A stretch of DNA of 64,000 nucleotides from the human T2T-CHM13v2.0 reference genome, Homo sapiens. Where the stretch lies: assembly GCF_009914755.1 (NCBI RefSeq), contig NC_060941.1. One strand, given 5' to 3'. The notes beneath the pieces are model-generated. The model saw only the letters and a program-made list of their open reading frames with translations, did not search any database and was not told the DNA's origin. Positions 1 through 30,607 of this stretch are shown piece by piece. Both the position numbers and the translations under genes were made by a program. Within the stretch, counting starts at the first letter, position 1; each line of letters opens with the position of its first letter.

Positions 1-407
1 AAACATCAAAGCCAAACTCACTGAAAATCTGTAAGATAACTGGCCTGTATTCTTCAAAATGGCCAATGCCATGAAAACTGAAAGACTGGCCAGGCATGGT
101 GGCTCATGCCTGTAATCCGAGCACTTTGGGAGGCTGAGGTGAGAGAATTGCTTAGGCCAGGAGTTTGAGACCAACCTGGGAAACAGCAAGACCTCATCTC
201 TACACTAAAAAGAAATAATACTTCCAATAAATCTGAAAACCTGGGACTATTTCTGTCACTGAGGGAAGGTGTGTTTTTCCCCTTAACTTAGGTATATGCT
301 GCTGAGGGGGCAGAAGCCTGAGTTCTTCCACCCGCCGCCTTCAAGTGTCAGGCGGCTTCTGCTTGGACAAGATGGCTACCCTGGTGGGCTTGTTTCTTCT
401 CTGGTCT

Positions 408-1167
408 TGTTATAGGAGGCAGAAAGAAACTACTTAGGTAGACAGTTAGGGTAAAGTGAATCCCCAGCAGAAAACTTTCCTTTTAACGCAAAGCAGCTCA
501 AAGATAGCTCCCTTTCTAACCTCACGCAGTTCAAGGAAATCACTTTTCTTCTAACAACAACCAGCCTGAAAGAGCAAAGGGTAAAAACAGATAAGAGCTC
601 AGGCACAGAAGGATGGGGGAAGTCTCCTGGGTAATCACCAAACTTCACACTTATACAATGGGCCCCAGTAAAACAGTGGGCCTTAATAACTACATTCCTT
701 TCTCTTTAGGCGCGCTAAGATAGGGAAGCTAAAAGCAGAATCGATGGGTATGCCTACAGCTGCAAGATGTGTGGGAATAGACACAGAAACTCTCGCTCCC
801 AGATAAGCAAGACAAAGAGACACAGACTAAAAGTTGATGTGGTCGGGAATGGGGTGAGAGCCTATTAAAAACTCTGCTCTATACAGATAGCACACCTGGT
901 CCCAACTGAACCATCGGGCTCTAGGAGGATAAGACATCCCCTCCTCATGAATGCCCCTCTCTAGCCCATTTATAAAACCCTGACGTTTTTACTACCACCT
1001 GGCAACCTGCCTGGGACCTCTGTCTGTGACAGAGAGCTGTTCTTTCCTTTTGCCTATTAAACTCCTGCTCCAAACTCACTCTGTGTGCGTGTGTGTCTGC
1101 GACCTCGATCTCCTTAAACGTGAGACCACGAACCTTGGTATTTACTTCAGACAATGAGGCTGCTTCT
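408..1167 (+). mobile_element. ERV1-class solo LTR (LTR25/LTR20-like)
   Basis: Starts TGTTATAGG; TATA (tttataaaa ~970) and ATTAAA (~1056); flanked by 4-bp TSD gtct (404-407, 1168-1171). Subfamily from recall. Confidence 0.75.
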
Positions 1168-1473
1168 GTCTCTTGTTCTATCTGAGACTCGTTCCACACC
1201 AGCCTGAGCTTCGGGCCATTCTTTTGCTTCTCCCATCATTCTACCCCCAGAGCTGACAGATTTGGCAAATAAAATTTACAAGATGCCCTGTTAAATTAGA
1301 ATTTCAGACAAACAACCTACTCCACACTGACTCAGGAGGGTCCCTCAGAGATAGATGTCACTGAGCCTCGGGAAGCAGGAAGCTCCATCCCTGCCCATTA
1401 AGCCCCCTCTCAGGGTCCCCTCAAGGAAGACAGTGGCTCCAGAAGGTATGTTCCCACCCCTTCCACAGCTTAC

Positions 1474-1625
1474 CTCTCTCCCATCCCTCTCTGACCCTGG
1501 GTTCCACCTGGCCCAGAGATTTCTGGGAGGATCTGTAGAACAAGGCTGTCTACAGTAGGAGCCTCTTCTTCCTCACCACATACACTTCAGCCCTGCCCAA
1601 CTAACAGCTCTCCATGTTCTAAAGA
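1474..1625 (-). other. LYZL6: Probable non-coding first exon of LYZL6 (rest of gene lies left of the window)
   Basis: Strong minus-strand donor GAGAG|gtaagc at 1474/1473 with a perfect CRE ~175 nt upstream; LYZL6 is the next minus-strand gene beyond CCL16 as recalled. No coding sequence is visible and the TSS is approximate. Confidence 0.5.
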
Positions 1626-1648
1626 AGGCTTCTGGAACCCCAGTTCTG

Positions 1649-1656
1649 TGACGTCA
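1649..1656. promoter_or_regulatory. Palindromic CRE (TGACGTCA), candidate CREM/CREB site
   Basis: Exact 8-bp palindrome immediately upstream of the putative minus-strand first exon. Confidence 0.6.
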
Positions 1657-1899
1657 TCCATCTCCTGGAAATACACTGGTTTTAACCAGGCAAATTGGCC
1701 AAGCATCAGGCAGAAGTAGCAGCTGGGCCTGGGAGGACAGGTGACATCTGTGAGGAAAATGGCCGGGTGGGATAGGGTGGAGAGCACTGGCTGTTTCCTT
1801 CATTTTTGGGAACAGCACCACCTTTGGGGGGACTCCTTCCCTCATGGGGTTTTAGTGGGGGCTGCCAGTCCTGGGGTCCTGCCCCCCACCACCCCCCAT

Positions 1900-2195
1900 A
1901 AGCATAGGAATGCTTGTGTGCCAGTCACTATATTTGTAAACGGAAGCTGGTGGAGCTGCTCAGCTTCCAACAGGAAGCCCATGTGTGCAGGGCCAGAGGA
2001 CATAGCCCATCTAAGGTGCTAAGCCTCCGTGAAGAGGGAGCGGAGTCTGGACGGGATTCCAGCCCCAGGGTCCACCCTTTCTGGGACCCAAACACACCCT
2101 TCCCCTCCCTTCAATTCTGAGATTCAATAAATGTCCCCACTCACAGAACAAGTTTGAGTTGGGTTTCTGTCACTTGCAGCCAAAAGAGCCAGTTG
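1900..2195 (+). mobile_element. Old MaLR (MLT1-type) LTR remnant
   Basis: 3' end aataaatg...gtttgagttgggtttctgtcacttgcagccaaaagag is typical of MLT1. Confidence 0.55.
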
Positions 2196-3134
2196 TAGTC
2201 GGCATGGGGTCAACCATCTGTGATATGGTGACCTGACACCCTGTCCCCTCCCTGTGAAGGCCACAACATCCCAACATCATTAGTCACCGAGGAAGTCTGG
2301 GAGAAATTTCTACCAACTGTAGCAAAAAAGAGGCAAGGGAGAAAACATCTTGTTACTGACGGCCCACTCTTCCCTCTGAAACAGGGAGGCAGGATCTGAC
2401 AGAAAAATAGGACAAGGGGCTTCTGAGTGGGCAGTGCTGCCCCGTGCCCCTCCAGACTTCTCTTCCCAGCAGGGCAGCAGTGCATGGCACCCTGGGATAG
2501 AAGGCCTGCAGGGGCAGAGGGGAGGCTGAACATGCTGGGGGCACCACTTTATGAGAAACCATTTGTGGCCAAAAATCTACATGGGCTTCAGATGACCTGA
2601 ATGAACTCGTCTCTGTAGAGTGAGAGTCCTGGGCAGGAGGAAAGGTTTCCATAGCCAAGGACCACATGCTTGGAAATTTGATCTCTGAAACTTAAGATCT
2701 GAGAGAGGATGGTCTCCCAAGGAAGTCACATGAGCCTCAGTTTAATCCTGTTGGTTTGCAGAAGTTTCCACTCCCTCTGGAGGCTGGGTTGGGACCTCCT
2801 GCTGGGCTGCAGAATATTTAGTCTCTTTGATAGGCTCTGAAGTTATGGTCATTCAAAGGGGGTCCAGAGGGACCCTCCACCTCCAGCCCCCTAGCTGTGG
2901 CAAACATGGGTAGATTCCTACCCATTCAAACAACTGGAAAACCCAAGCTGGGACCCATGAGTCAAGTCAGCTCAGGGCAAGAGGACAGATGGATACCATA
3001 GGCCATCTGTCTCAATATTTGCAAGTTATAAATTAAACTAACAGACTGTTAAAGTATGTCCTACCCTCATACTCTGACAAATATTCCTTTAAAAGGATAA
3101 AATTTTAAAATGTGTATGAAGCTATGATTTGTAT

Positions 3135-3407
3135 TTTTTTTTTTTTAGAGATGGAGTCTCACTCTGGAGTGATCTCGGCTCACTGCAACCTCTGCCTCCT
3201 GGGTTCAAGCAATTCTGCCTCAGCCTCCCGAGTAGCTGGGACTACAGGTGCATGCCACCATGCCTGGCTAATTTTTTTTTGTATTTTAGTAGCGACAGGG
3301 TTTCACCTTGTTGCCCAGGCTGGTCTTGAGCTCCTGAGCTCAGGCAATCTGCCTGCCTCGGCCTCCCAAAGTGCTAGGATTACAGGCGTGAGCCACCACG
3401 CCCGGCC
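3135..3407 (-). mobile_element. Alu with internal deletions, flanked by an 88-bp direct repeat
   Basis: Alu consensus motifs; flanks 3047-3134 and 3427-3514 are 83/88 identical. Confidence 0.9.
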
Positions 3408-4090
3408 GATTATGTTATGTTATGTATGTTAAAGTATGTCCTATCCTCATCCTCTGACAAATATGCCTTTAAAAGGATAAAATTTTAAAATATATATGAA
3501 GCTATGATTTGTATATGACAGAAAGTTAGCAAAATGTCAAAGATCATGAAATTTCATGTTTATTGCGCATGTCTGGGTGCTCTGTTGATGGGCTGACAAT
3601 ATTGGGATGAGTAATAAAGATGTGGAATTTATAAATTACTGAAACTATTCCATGAAATGTATTTTTCTTATCTTTCAGCAAAATCGGTAATTATGTTATT
3701 ATTATCAAGATTTGAAAATACATGTAAGGATTAAAACAATCATATTCAAAGTACAAATATCTTAATATTTTCATCAAAATTATGTTTATGTAAAAAATTT
3801 AATTTTATCAGGAATATTTTCCCAAAAGTTAGTTTTCTTTTCAACTATTGAAAAGTATCCATTAAACCAAAAGGCAACATACAAATTAGAATTAGTCAAA
3901 TTTTTACGTCAAAATGATTGAAATAAATCCATTTTATTTTGATTTTTGAAAACTTGATTAATTTTTATTAATTTTAAATTCATAATTCTAGCATTCAGTG
4001 ACCACCAATGTAAAGAACAGGCATCATGGTTTGTCTGAGGGCTAGACATAGATACAAATTTTAGAGTAATGTGTAATGTGATTTGTTTAA

Positions 4091-4175
4091 CCCTTTTTCT
4101 GTTTGCCCAGAGAATACTCACTGGTGGCACCTGCAGCTGCAGTGTTTACCCCAAGATAACTTTGCCATGAAATAT
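4091..4175 (+). mobile_element. piggyBac-derived MER75-like 5' fragment
   Basis: TTAA|CCCTTTTTCTGTTTGCCCAGAGAATACTC...GATAACTTTGCCATGAAATAT|TTAA; resembles the recalled MER75 left end. Confidence 0.6.
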
Positions 4176-4179
4176 TTAA

Positions 4180-5040
<861 letters not shown>

Positions 5041-5410
5041 ATTACTGTAATTATACAAAATATATTTTATGAAAAGGAAGTTATGGGTGGGCATGGTTGA
5101 GAACCACAGCATCAGATAGATTCAGAAGTGGGGGAAAAGCATCTCCCACTTCCCCTTCTTCAGGCCAGCGTGCTGTGCAATTTATCCAGTGGACACTAGA
5201 GGACAGCAGCGACTCAGGTAGAGGAAGTGGGCGTTTCAGGGCTTGAATGCTTAGAATTCTCTGCTCTGTGCTCCCTATCCTGGGCGGTGGGCGGTGGGCG
5301 TTAATACCCCCATAATACTCAGTTACCGCTGGGACTTGGGCCCTGGTCTGTGGCTCTTGATTCCACCTTGTTGGTCCCCCAACACCAGGAGAGCTCTCTG
5401 TGCTCCCAGA

Positions 5411-7451
<2,041 letters not shown>

Positions 7452-9342
7452 AGCAGTTGTGGACACACATTGAGCCCTCCCAGTGGGTGAGGCACAATGC
7501 CAAACACTGTATGAAGGAAATAATCTCATCTTCACAGCATTCTTACTGAATAAGCTGCAGAGAAGTTAAGAAACGCCCAAAGTCACAGAGCTGATAGGAG
7601 GCAGTGCAGGATTTGAATCCAGATTTGACACTAACGTATGGATCTAGCTACTGCTCTGCAGTACCCACTTAAAGGGAAGTGTTTTTCTTTCTTGGTTATT
7701 TAGTTCATGTGTTAAACTGGTTGGTGTTGGTAGCAGATGGTGAGTATTATAGTTCAGCCTTCTGGAGAAAGCTTGTCAGGCTTCAAGAGAATGTTAAGCA
7801 TCTATGATGGTCCTAGAGGGAGGTTCCCCTCTCCACCCCTTCACTGCTTTACATGGAGCACTTATAGTGTGTGAGGTTCTGTGTTAAGGATGATACTTTC
7901 ATAATGACGGTATCTGAAAGGCAGGTGGGCAGAGGCCAGCAACAAGGAATTGAAGGGTCAGTGATGTAGCAATCCAGTGACATTGTTCATTTGCACACAC
8001 ATGGGTCTGTCACATGCAGCCCAACTCACCTGGAGTCCTGAGAAGGTAACCAGACCAGGATGGAGGCCCAGGGAACTCACCAGAAGTTCTCAAGCATCAG
8101 AACACGGTGAAAGCATCCTGGTAGGCAGATAACACATGCCCACGGTTTGTGAGAGAAAGTCCTCCAGCAGTTTCTCTCCTTCCCCTTGGCTTTGACCTGG
8201 CATACCTGGGATCAGGCAGTTGATTCTCCAGGCCAGGTGCCTCAGGGAGGTGACCCTTCCTGTTCTGGGTTCTGCAGAAGCCAACAGCTCTGGGCTTGTG
8301 CCCATCAAGCACTCTTCTGCCCATTTTACTCTCTCGTGGATGCATGGTGGTGTTGATACAGGCCCTGAGTTAAAGGCTCCATGGCCGCCCATGACAGGAG
8401 GACAAAGCAAAAGAAAGCCAGAGTTAAACAGGCCCCTTGGGTCCCCTCCTTCACTTCATAGATGGGAAAACCAAGGTCTGGGCAGGGAAAGGGATTCAGC
8501 CAAGGCCACAGCGCACTGATGGCCACGCCAGGGTTAGGATTCCCAGCACAGTCTGTTTCTCTCATACTCCGCAGCCTTCTCTAATAATAGATTTTGGGTT
8601 GGGTTCTTCTTTATCAAGCGCTGGTCACACATTATCTCTATCTTTCTTAAAACAATTGTTCTTTAATATCATTATATATTCAGTCAGTGTTCAAATTTTC
8701 AACTGTTTTATGTCAAAAAGCCTTTTCTAAAGTTGATTAAATCAGGATTGAAATAAGATGCACACATTATGATTAGTCGATGTCTTTTAAATCTTTTAAT
8801 CCATGGATTCCTCTTTCCTCTTTCTCTTTTTCCTTTTATTCTTGAATAAGCCACATCATGCCTAAACACCTGAAATCCTTCTCATTAAAGAGAAAAAAAA
8901 ACACCACAGGAAACGTTACTACATATATAAAGATGAAGATAGGAATTGCTTGTGAGTGAAGCAATGAAGTCTGAGCACAATGTGGAAACTGGAAATCAGA
9001 GGTTGCATTTTAAAAATCTCCACTCTCTTCTTTAGATAGATTGGTGATTATTTTACCTATTTCATTTTAACTATCTTAAACACAACGTAAGGAACCTAAA
9101 GAGAAAACTTGTCAGCAATTGATCTGTCCTTTCAATGAACAGTGAATGCCACGGCGTATGTCTACCTGGGTACAAATCTCCTTTGCTAATAAGCAAACAG
9201 TGAACCTCTAAATCAATGTAAACTTTCATCATGTTTCACTTCAGTTGATTCCACACGTTGAGGCTAAGCACAGCTGAGCAAATCAGCTGTAAAATCCTAA
9301 AGTAAGAAGATATCATTTTAAAGATAAAAATTGTGATATTTA

Positions 9343-13272
<3,930 letters not shown>

Positions 13273-13559
13273 TGCTCTCGAATGGCCCTGGCCAGGAAGA
13301 TGAGTTGCGTGTGTCACTTCAACTGGCCATAGTGGTGGGAATGGAGGCAGTGGGGCCTGTGTGGCCGCCTGGGTTTGTGAAATGGCTGCTGGCATTTCTG
13401 AATTCAGTGGGGCTGATTGCAAAGGAGACCCAAGAAACAGTGCCAAGTTAGATGCTGATTACTCACTTTGAGTCCTTTATTGTGGAGTCTGTTCATTACT
13501 AACACACACACAGACACACACGCACACACATAACATATCCATACACATATCACATTTTA

Positions 13560-15900
<2,341 letters not shown>

Positions 15901-16329
15901 AGCCCTGTTGTTTAATTAACTATAGCAGAGTTGAGGGTAATGCTTAGCTTTGTTATAATTCTAGATCTAAATAGCTGTATCTTGTAGATTGTTACTATTC
16001 AATTATAGATTACTGATTACTTGAGCCAAAGGAGGTTAGGGCCAATACCAAATACAAATTTTAAAGAAAAGTGGCTAATTTATTTAGTTCATCTGGCATT
16101 CCTAGAGAAACAGATCTGGCACAATATAAACAGTCTATGTACATTCAATCCCCAGTTTATGAAACTCTCTCAGAGGATTGGTGGAATTCCATATTCTCTA
16201 ACAAGATTCATTCCTGGGGCACATGAATCTGATTCTGATTTGACTTATACATTCGTCGAGAACCACTATTATGTATAAGCACCCAGCTGAATGCTGCAAG
16301 ATTTCCTAATGGAAAATACTGGCATTTTC

Positions 16330-18370
16330 ACTCATTTGCAAATATTAATTGAACATTGTATGCCAGGCATTGTGCTAGGTTCTGGAGCTATAATAATGAA
16401 TAATATAGTTATGACCCTTGTCTACCCTCCACAGTTTAGCAGGAAACAGAGGCAATTAAACAAGTAATAATAATAGTGTGATAAGTACTAGAAGAGAGGA
16501 AATATAGTGTGCTGGGGCAACACACAGCTGGGGCACCTTAAGGTAATTTAGGAGAGTCAGAAAAAGCTTCTTAGAAGAAGCAATATTTAAGCTGAGACAT
16601 GAAGGAGGACAAGGAGTGAACCAAGGTGTGGTAGTTTTCCAGGCAGAGGAAAACAGTGTGTGCAAAGGCCCTAAGGCAAGACATAGCTTTTTACTTTCAA
16701 GGAACTAAAATCAATTTCTGTGTGGTTAGAGTATAAGTGAGTGGGGAATGATGGAAGATAGGGCATGGTAGGGGTTTTCCACCTGCACTGGTTTTGCTCC
16801 CCAGGAAACATTTGGCAATTTCTGGAGACATTTCTTGTTGTCTTAACTAGGGGTTGAGACAGTGCTATTGGTAGTAGACAGAGATCAAGGATAGTTCTTC
16901 TAAATATCCTACAGTAGACAGGACAACATCTGCCTTGCCCTTGCCCCCCTCACCCCCGCCCCCACACACAAAGAATTATGTGGTCTAAAATATCTGGTCC
17001 TGGCGAAAGCAAAGGTCCTTTCATTACAATTCATATAATATTTTAAGAAGAGAGTTTGGATTTCATTCAAGGGCAAGGAGGAGCTATTTGCTGGCTTTAA
17101 GTAGCAAAAGCAAATGTTTTAGAAAGATTACTCAGTACAGAGAATTGACTAGAGTTTCTTCATTCAAATATTTATGTGCCATGCATTGTGTAGGAGCTGG
17201 GGATACAGTGGTGAACATTTAATCACTGACCCATTCCAGTGGAAGAGGTAGAAAATAAAAATAATATGGAAATTAACGATGAACAACAAGGCTGTTTTCC
17301 CATATTCAGTATCCCAAATGTAGATGAAATCTGGGTCTGAAAATAAAACTTCAGTATTAATTTTTAGAGAAAAGCCCTAGACAAATTTTATAAAACATCA
17401 TCTATGGGGTATTTGTTGTTTAGTTTGGATCTCATTTCTCCTAAATGTAAATATTTAAAAAAAAATCGCCACAACACAAATAAAATCTTGTTCTTCATTA
17501 TTGTTCTTCATTTTCTGTGTATGTATGTGTGTGTGTTTCTGGCTTACTTTTCCACATTATGTTTAAAATGCTTAATATTATAGGATTACTGAAATGATTA
17601 CTTCTTTGGCTGACAGCTTTAATAGTGACAGCAACAATTTTGGGAACCATGATCATTTGACACCCCCCAGTATAGTACAGAACTTGTCTCTTGGCAAGGA
17701 TGACATTTAATTTTTTCTTACATAGGTTTCCTTGGGGGAAAATAAAAACCTTTGCTTTTTGTATCTCTGTGACTCTTCTTAAAATTAGCTATTTTCTAGA
17801 ATGAGCTCATTTCGATATATTAGCTTCTTAATCTAAGCAGTAAATCAGTGACAACTTGTTTAATGTGTTGGGAACTTCTAGTTGCATAAAAACCTTTTTT
17901 AAAGAACTTTAGGTCAGCAAAATGACTGAAAGGTACACCTTCATTATAACTTTCTTGCTTCGAAGCCACAATCAATGATGGATGGATTTTCCAGAATAGC
18001 ACTAAACAAAAATCCTTCCTGCCACACTAGAGAGGCAGCATCGCGTAGTGGTTAAAAGTATAGACTTGGAGGCTGCCTGCCTCAGTTTAAATCTTGACTC
18101 AGTCATGTACTAGTTTATGGTCTCAAGCAAGTTATTTAATCTCAGAGCCTCTGTTTCCTCATTTGTAAAATGGGGATAACAATAGTATTCACCTTATAGG
18201 GGAGAATACTGACTCTGAATCCTAGCTTTGACATTTATTAACAGTATGACGTTGAAAAAATTAATCACTGAAGCCACTGTTTCTTCCCCTGTAAAATGAG
18301 ATAATAATGTACCTCATAGGGTTAAGGTAAAAATGAAGAAATGATATAACAAATATAATGTAAGTAGCAC
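16330..18370. mobile_element. Ancient repeats: L2 (~16330-16760), MER20 (~16780-16995), two MIR pieces (~18030-18370)
   Basis: L2 tail motif, MER20 core (ccccaggaaacatttggcaatttctggagacattt), MIR core (ctgtttcctcatttgtaaaatggggataac). Confidence 0.65.
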
Positions 18371-18484
18371 TAAGCCACAATACACATTAATTCTTCTGTA
18401 GACAGAAGCCAAGTTCTCCTTGTCTTGTGAATTCTGTGTGTATTCCCACAGGGTAGCAACAGATTCAAAACCTAGAGAAACCAC

Positions 18485-21172
<2,688 letters not shown>

Positions 21173-21579
21173 TTATTCACCAGAAGATTTTATTTCTAAG
21201 GGTCTTTCCAACTCTAAGGTTCTGATCCCAACATAATATTTTTCTAGGAATAGTAAAGAAAGAGAAACTTTCCTCCACGCTTTCATGGTGTACCTTTATG
21301 TATTTTTGTTCACTTTGGCAAAGGTCTCCCTATCTTTGCTTCCTTAATGTTAAAATGGAACTACCATGTCCCCAACATGGGAATCCCATCATACTTGTGA
21401 GGCTAGTCTTCGCATAGCCTCCTGCGCATTTCCAGAGTTCCTGGGCAGCTTCCGCTGGTGATAGATGAGTGGGCTGAAGGTGGCTGTGTGAGTGGCAGCT
21501 CTCTGTTGGCATCCACATCTGGATCAAAAAGATTTAGATGGTTGCATCAGATAATCATAAAACTTTAAAGGAAAAATGA

Positions 21580-22165
21580 CTAAATTCCATTTGTTCTATG
21601 ATCCAGCAATACTGCTCCTAAGACTATACCTACGAGAAATAAAAACACGTGTCCACCCAAAAACGTGTACACAAATGTTCTTAGAAGAATGATTCATAAT
21701 AGCCAAAAGTGGAAACAACCTAAATGCCCACCAACTGATGACTAGATAAAACACAGTATACCCACTCAATAACTATTACTCAGCAATAAAAAGAAATAAG
21801 ATACCGATACATGCTAGAACGGGGATAACCCTTGAAAATGTTATGCTAAGTCAAAGAAGCTAGTAACAAAACAAAACAAAACATATCTTGTATGATTCTA
21901 TTTATATGAAATGTCCAGAATAGGAAAATCCGTAGAGACAGAAAGTAAATTAGTGGTTACCTAGGGCTAGAAATAGAGGGTTAAGAGGAGAATGGGCATT
22001 GGCTGCTAACAGGCATGAGTTTCTTTTAGGGGGATGAAAATGGTCTAAAGCTGGATTACGGTGATTGCTGTACAACCCTGTGAGTTATACTAAAAATGCT
22101 GAATTGAATACTTTAAATGGGTGAATTACATGGTATGTGAATTATAGCTCAATAAAACTGTTGAA
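21580..22165 (+). mobile_element. L1MB-type 3' end inside the TANC2-like intron
   Basis: L1M 3'UTR motifs ending ctcaataaaactgtt. Confidence 0.75.
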
Positions 22166-22646
22166 GATTTTTTTGAAAAAAATTCAATTTGTTCTTGTTA
22201 TTTAGAAAATGTATTCTTACTAGTAGAAATTATAGACTATATTTATGAATAAGATCATACTTTAAAAATGGATACCAAAGTAAATATTAGAAGTTGTTAT
22301 TTGATGGCCAATAGCTATTGAAAAGAAGGAGGAATAGGAAAAAGTAGTCCTCATTTAACTCCCTACCAGTAGGAGTGAATTTAGACTTCTTTCATTCAAC
22401 TGGTACATTAAATTCCTTGGTCACTGAATAGAGTTCTGGATAACTGCAGGGGGGTGGATATGGGAGATGGCAGGAACAAAAGCCTAAAGTAATGTGTGAC
22501 ATTTTGAGTTGAGGTGAAGTTCAGTGATCGTATGTCATGTATTATTTCTGCTCTTCCCTTCCTCCTCCTACTGTATTCCCCTTTATCTGGTATTTGATTT
22601 TGTGGGTAATTACTGTCTTCACCTCTGAATTAATAGTCCTCACATG

Positions 22647-23004
<358 letters not shown>

Positions 23005-24457
23005 TCAGGAAATAAAAGGATGTATGACTTAATATAAATATGTCAGAAAAACTTCAGTGCCAATGAAGCAGGGAGTTATTTAAAAAGGAAATATACATTT
23101 GGGGGAGGCACGTGGGCTGTCTGAGGTGATCTGTCTCATCTTTGTACCATGGCAGCTGAGGGCCACCAGTCTGGAGATGGTGGCAGTTTTGCAGAATCCA
23201 GCGTTTCCCACAATCACTACTCCGTGGTTCACGCTGGCATTTGAACGTTGAAGTTGAGCATCTATTTCGTGGAAAACCCAATCTTGGCCGACAGACACTG
23301 ACTCTGTAGTGATGCTGGTACTTCAAAGAGAAGAGGCTTCAAGGAGATATCTGGAGGCCTATGAGGTGCAAAGCGAACTGAGAGGAACAAGAGAATACAG
23401 AACTTAGGTCACACTGTCAACATTGAGAGAAATAGAGAAAAAAATGCAGTGTGGTTTAGGAGACTGAGTTACAGTATGATGGCATCCTGGGCTTATTCAG
23501 AAATAATGCAACTCTGAATGTTGATTCTATACAGATAAGTAACACAGGTGAGCTAGAGCTATTTGATACTCTAGATTGCAGAACACAAACATTGATAAGA
23601 TAGTAACGATTTACTCTATTAGTCAGAAAGTCAGGGTGATATTCAAAATTGTTACATGGAAGGGATGACCCAAGCACCAGCAATCAGTATGGATGCAAGC
23701 CTAGTGAAGAAGAAGGGTCCTAAAGGCCTCCTGCTATGCCTCGGGATAACCTTTTAATTATTGGATTGTGGGGAGGTACAGCAATGAAGTGCCTGTTGGA
23801 AAGGCGAGGCTGTGGCGGGCATGCAGAGAGCTTACAACGGCGGCTCTTTACCAACCAGTAAGAACATATTTCGGTATTTAGCAACCAATATGGCTACACC
23901 CGTATATATCAGTTGAAAATCAGTTCTGAAGAAAGCAGTATAGAGAGGCTTGTTTGTTTCTTTAAAAACACCAATGAGAATAGTAATTCCTTTAAGTTCA
24001 TGGATGGTATTTTTAAAAATCTAGTAGGTGTATTGTTAAGAGAAGCAGACTTTAAAAGCTCGGATGGTTTAAAAGATCTTAAACATGTTAAGCAGTCGGG
24101 CAGAAAGCAGGCCTTCACTCACTGTCTTTGCACCTGTACTGCTTATATTGTTTGCAAAAGAGCATCACTAAGAAGCTTAATAAGGATTAATGACATACAT
24201 GACCCTGGACCATGGACAGAGGATAAAAATCAAGCTTTGATAGCAATAAACATAGTCTCTTTTTATCTCTAAACAGACAGAAATACTATGCAGGTATCCC
24301 TTCTTTGGTAACAGGGCTGGTTACCAAGTTAGTTATTTTGTAATTAGTGAAGAGTTGGGGCATTTCTGATATGTGCTTACTTAGTGTAAACATTTCTAGC
24401 TCTACCACTTAACCATCATTTTAAACATCTGTTTTAATATAACAATTCCTGAAATGA

Positions 24458-30607
<6,150 letters not shown>

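Noticed and set aside
9166-9296. Minus-strand exon-like segment (tttag|...CCCAG|gtagac)
   Set aside because: Stops in all three frames and no recognisable homology; the splice-like ends may be chance.
23913-24272. 119-aa plus-strand ORF beside the TANC2-like relic
   Set aside because: TTG start, antisense to the relic, and no homology I can recognise.
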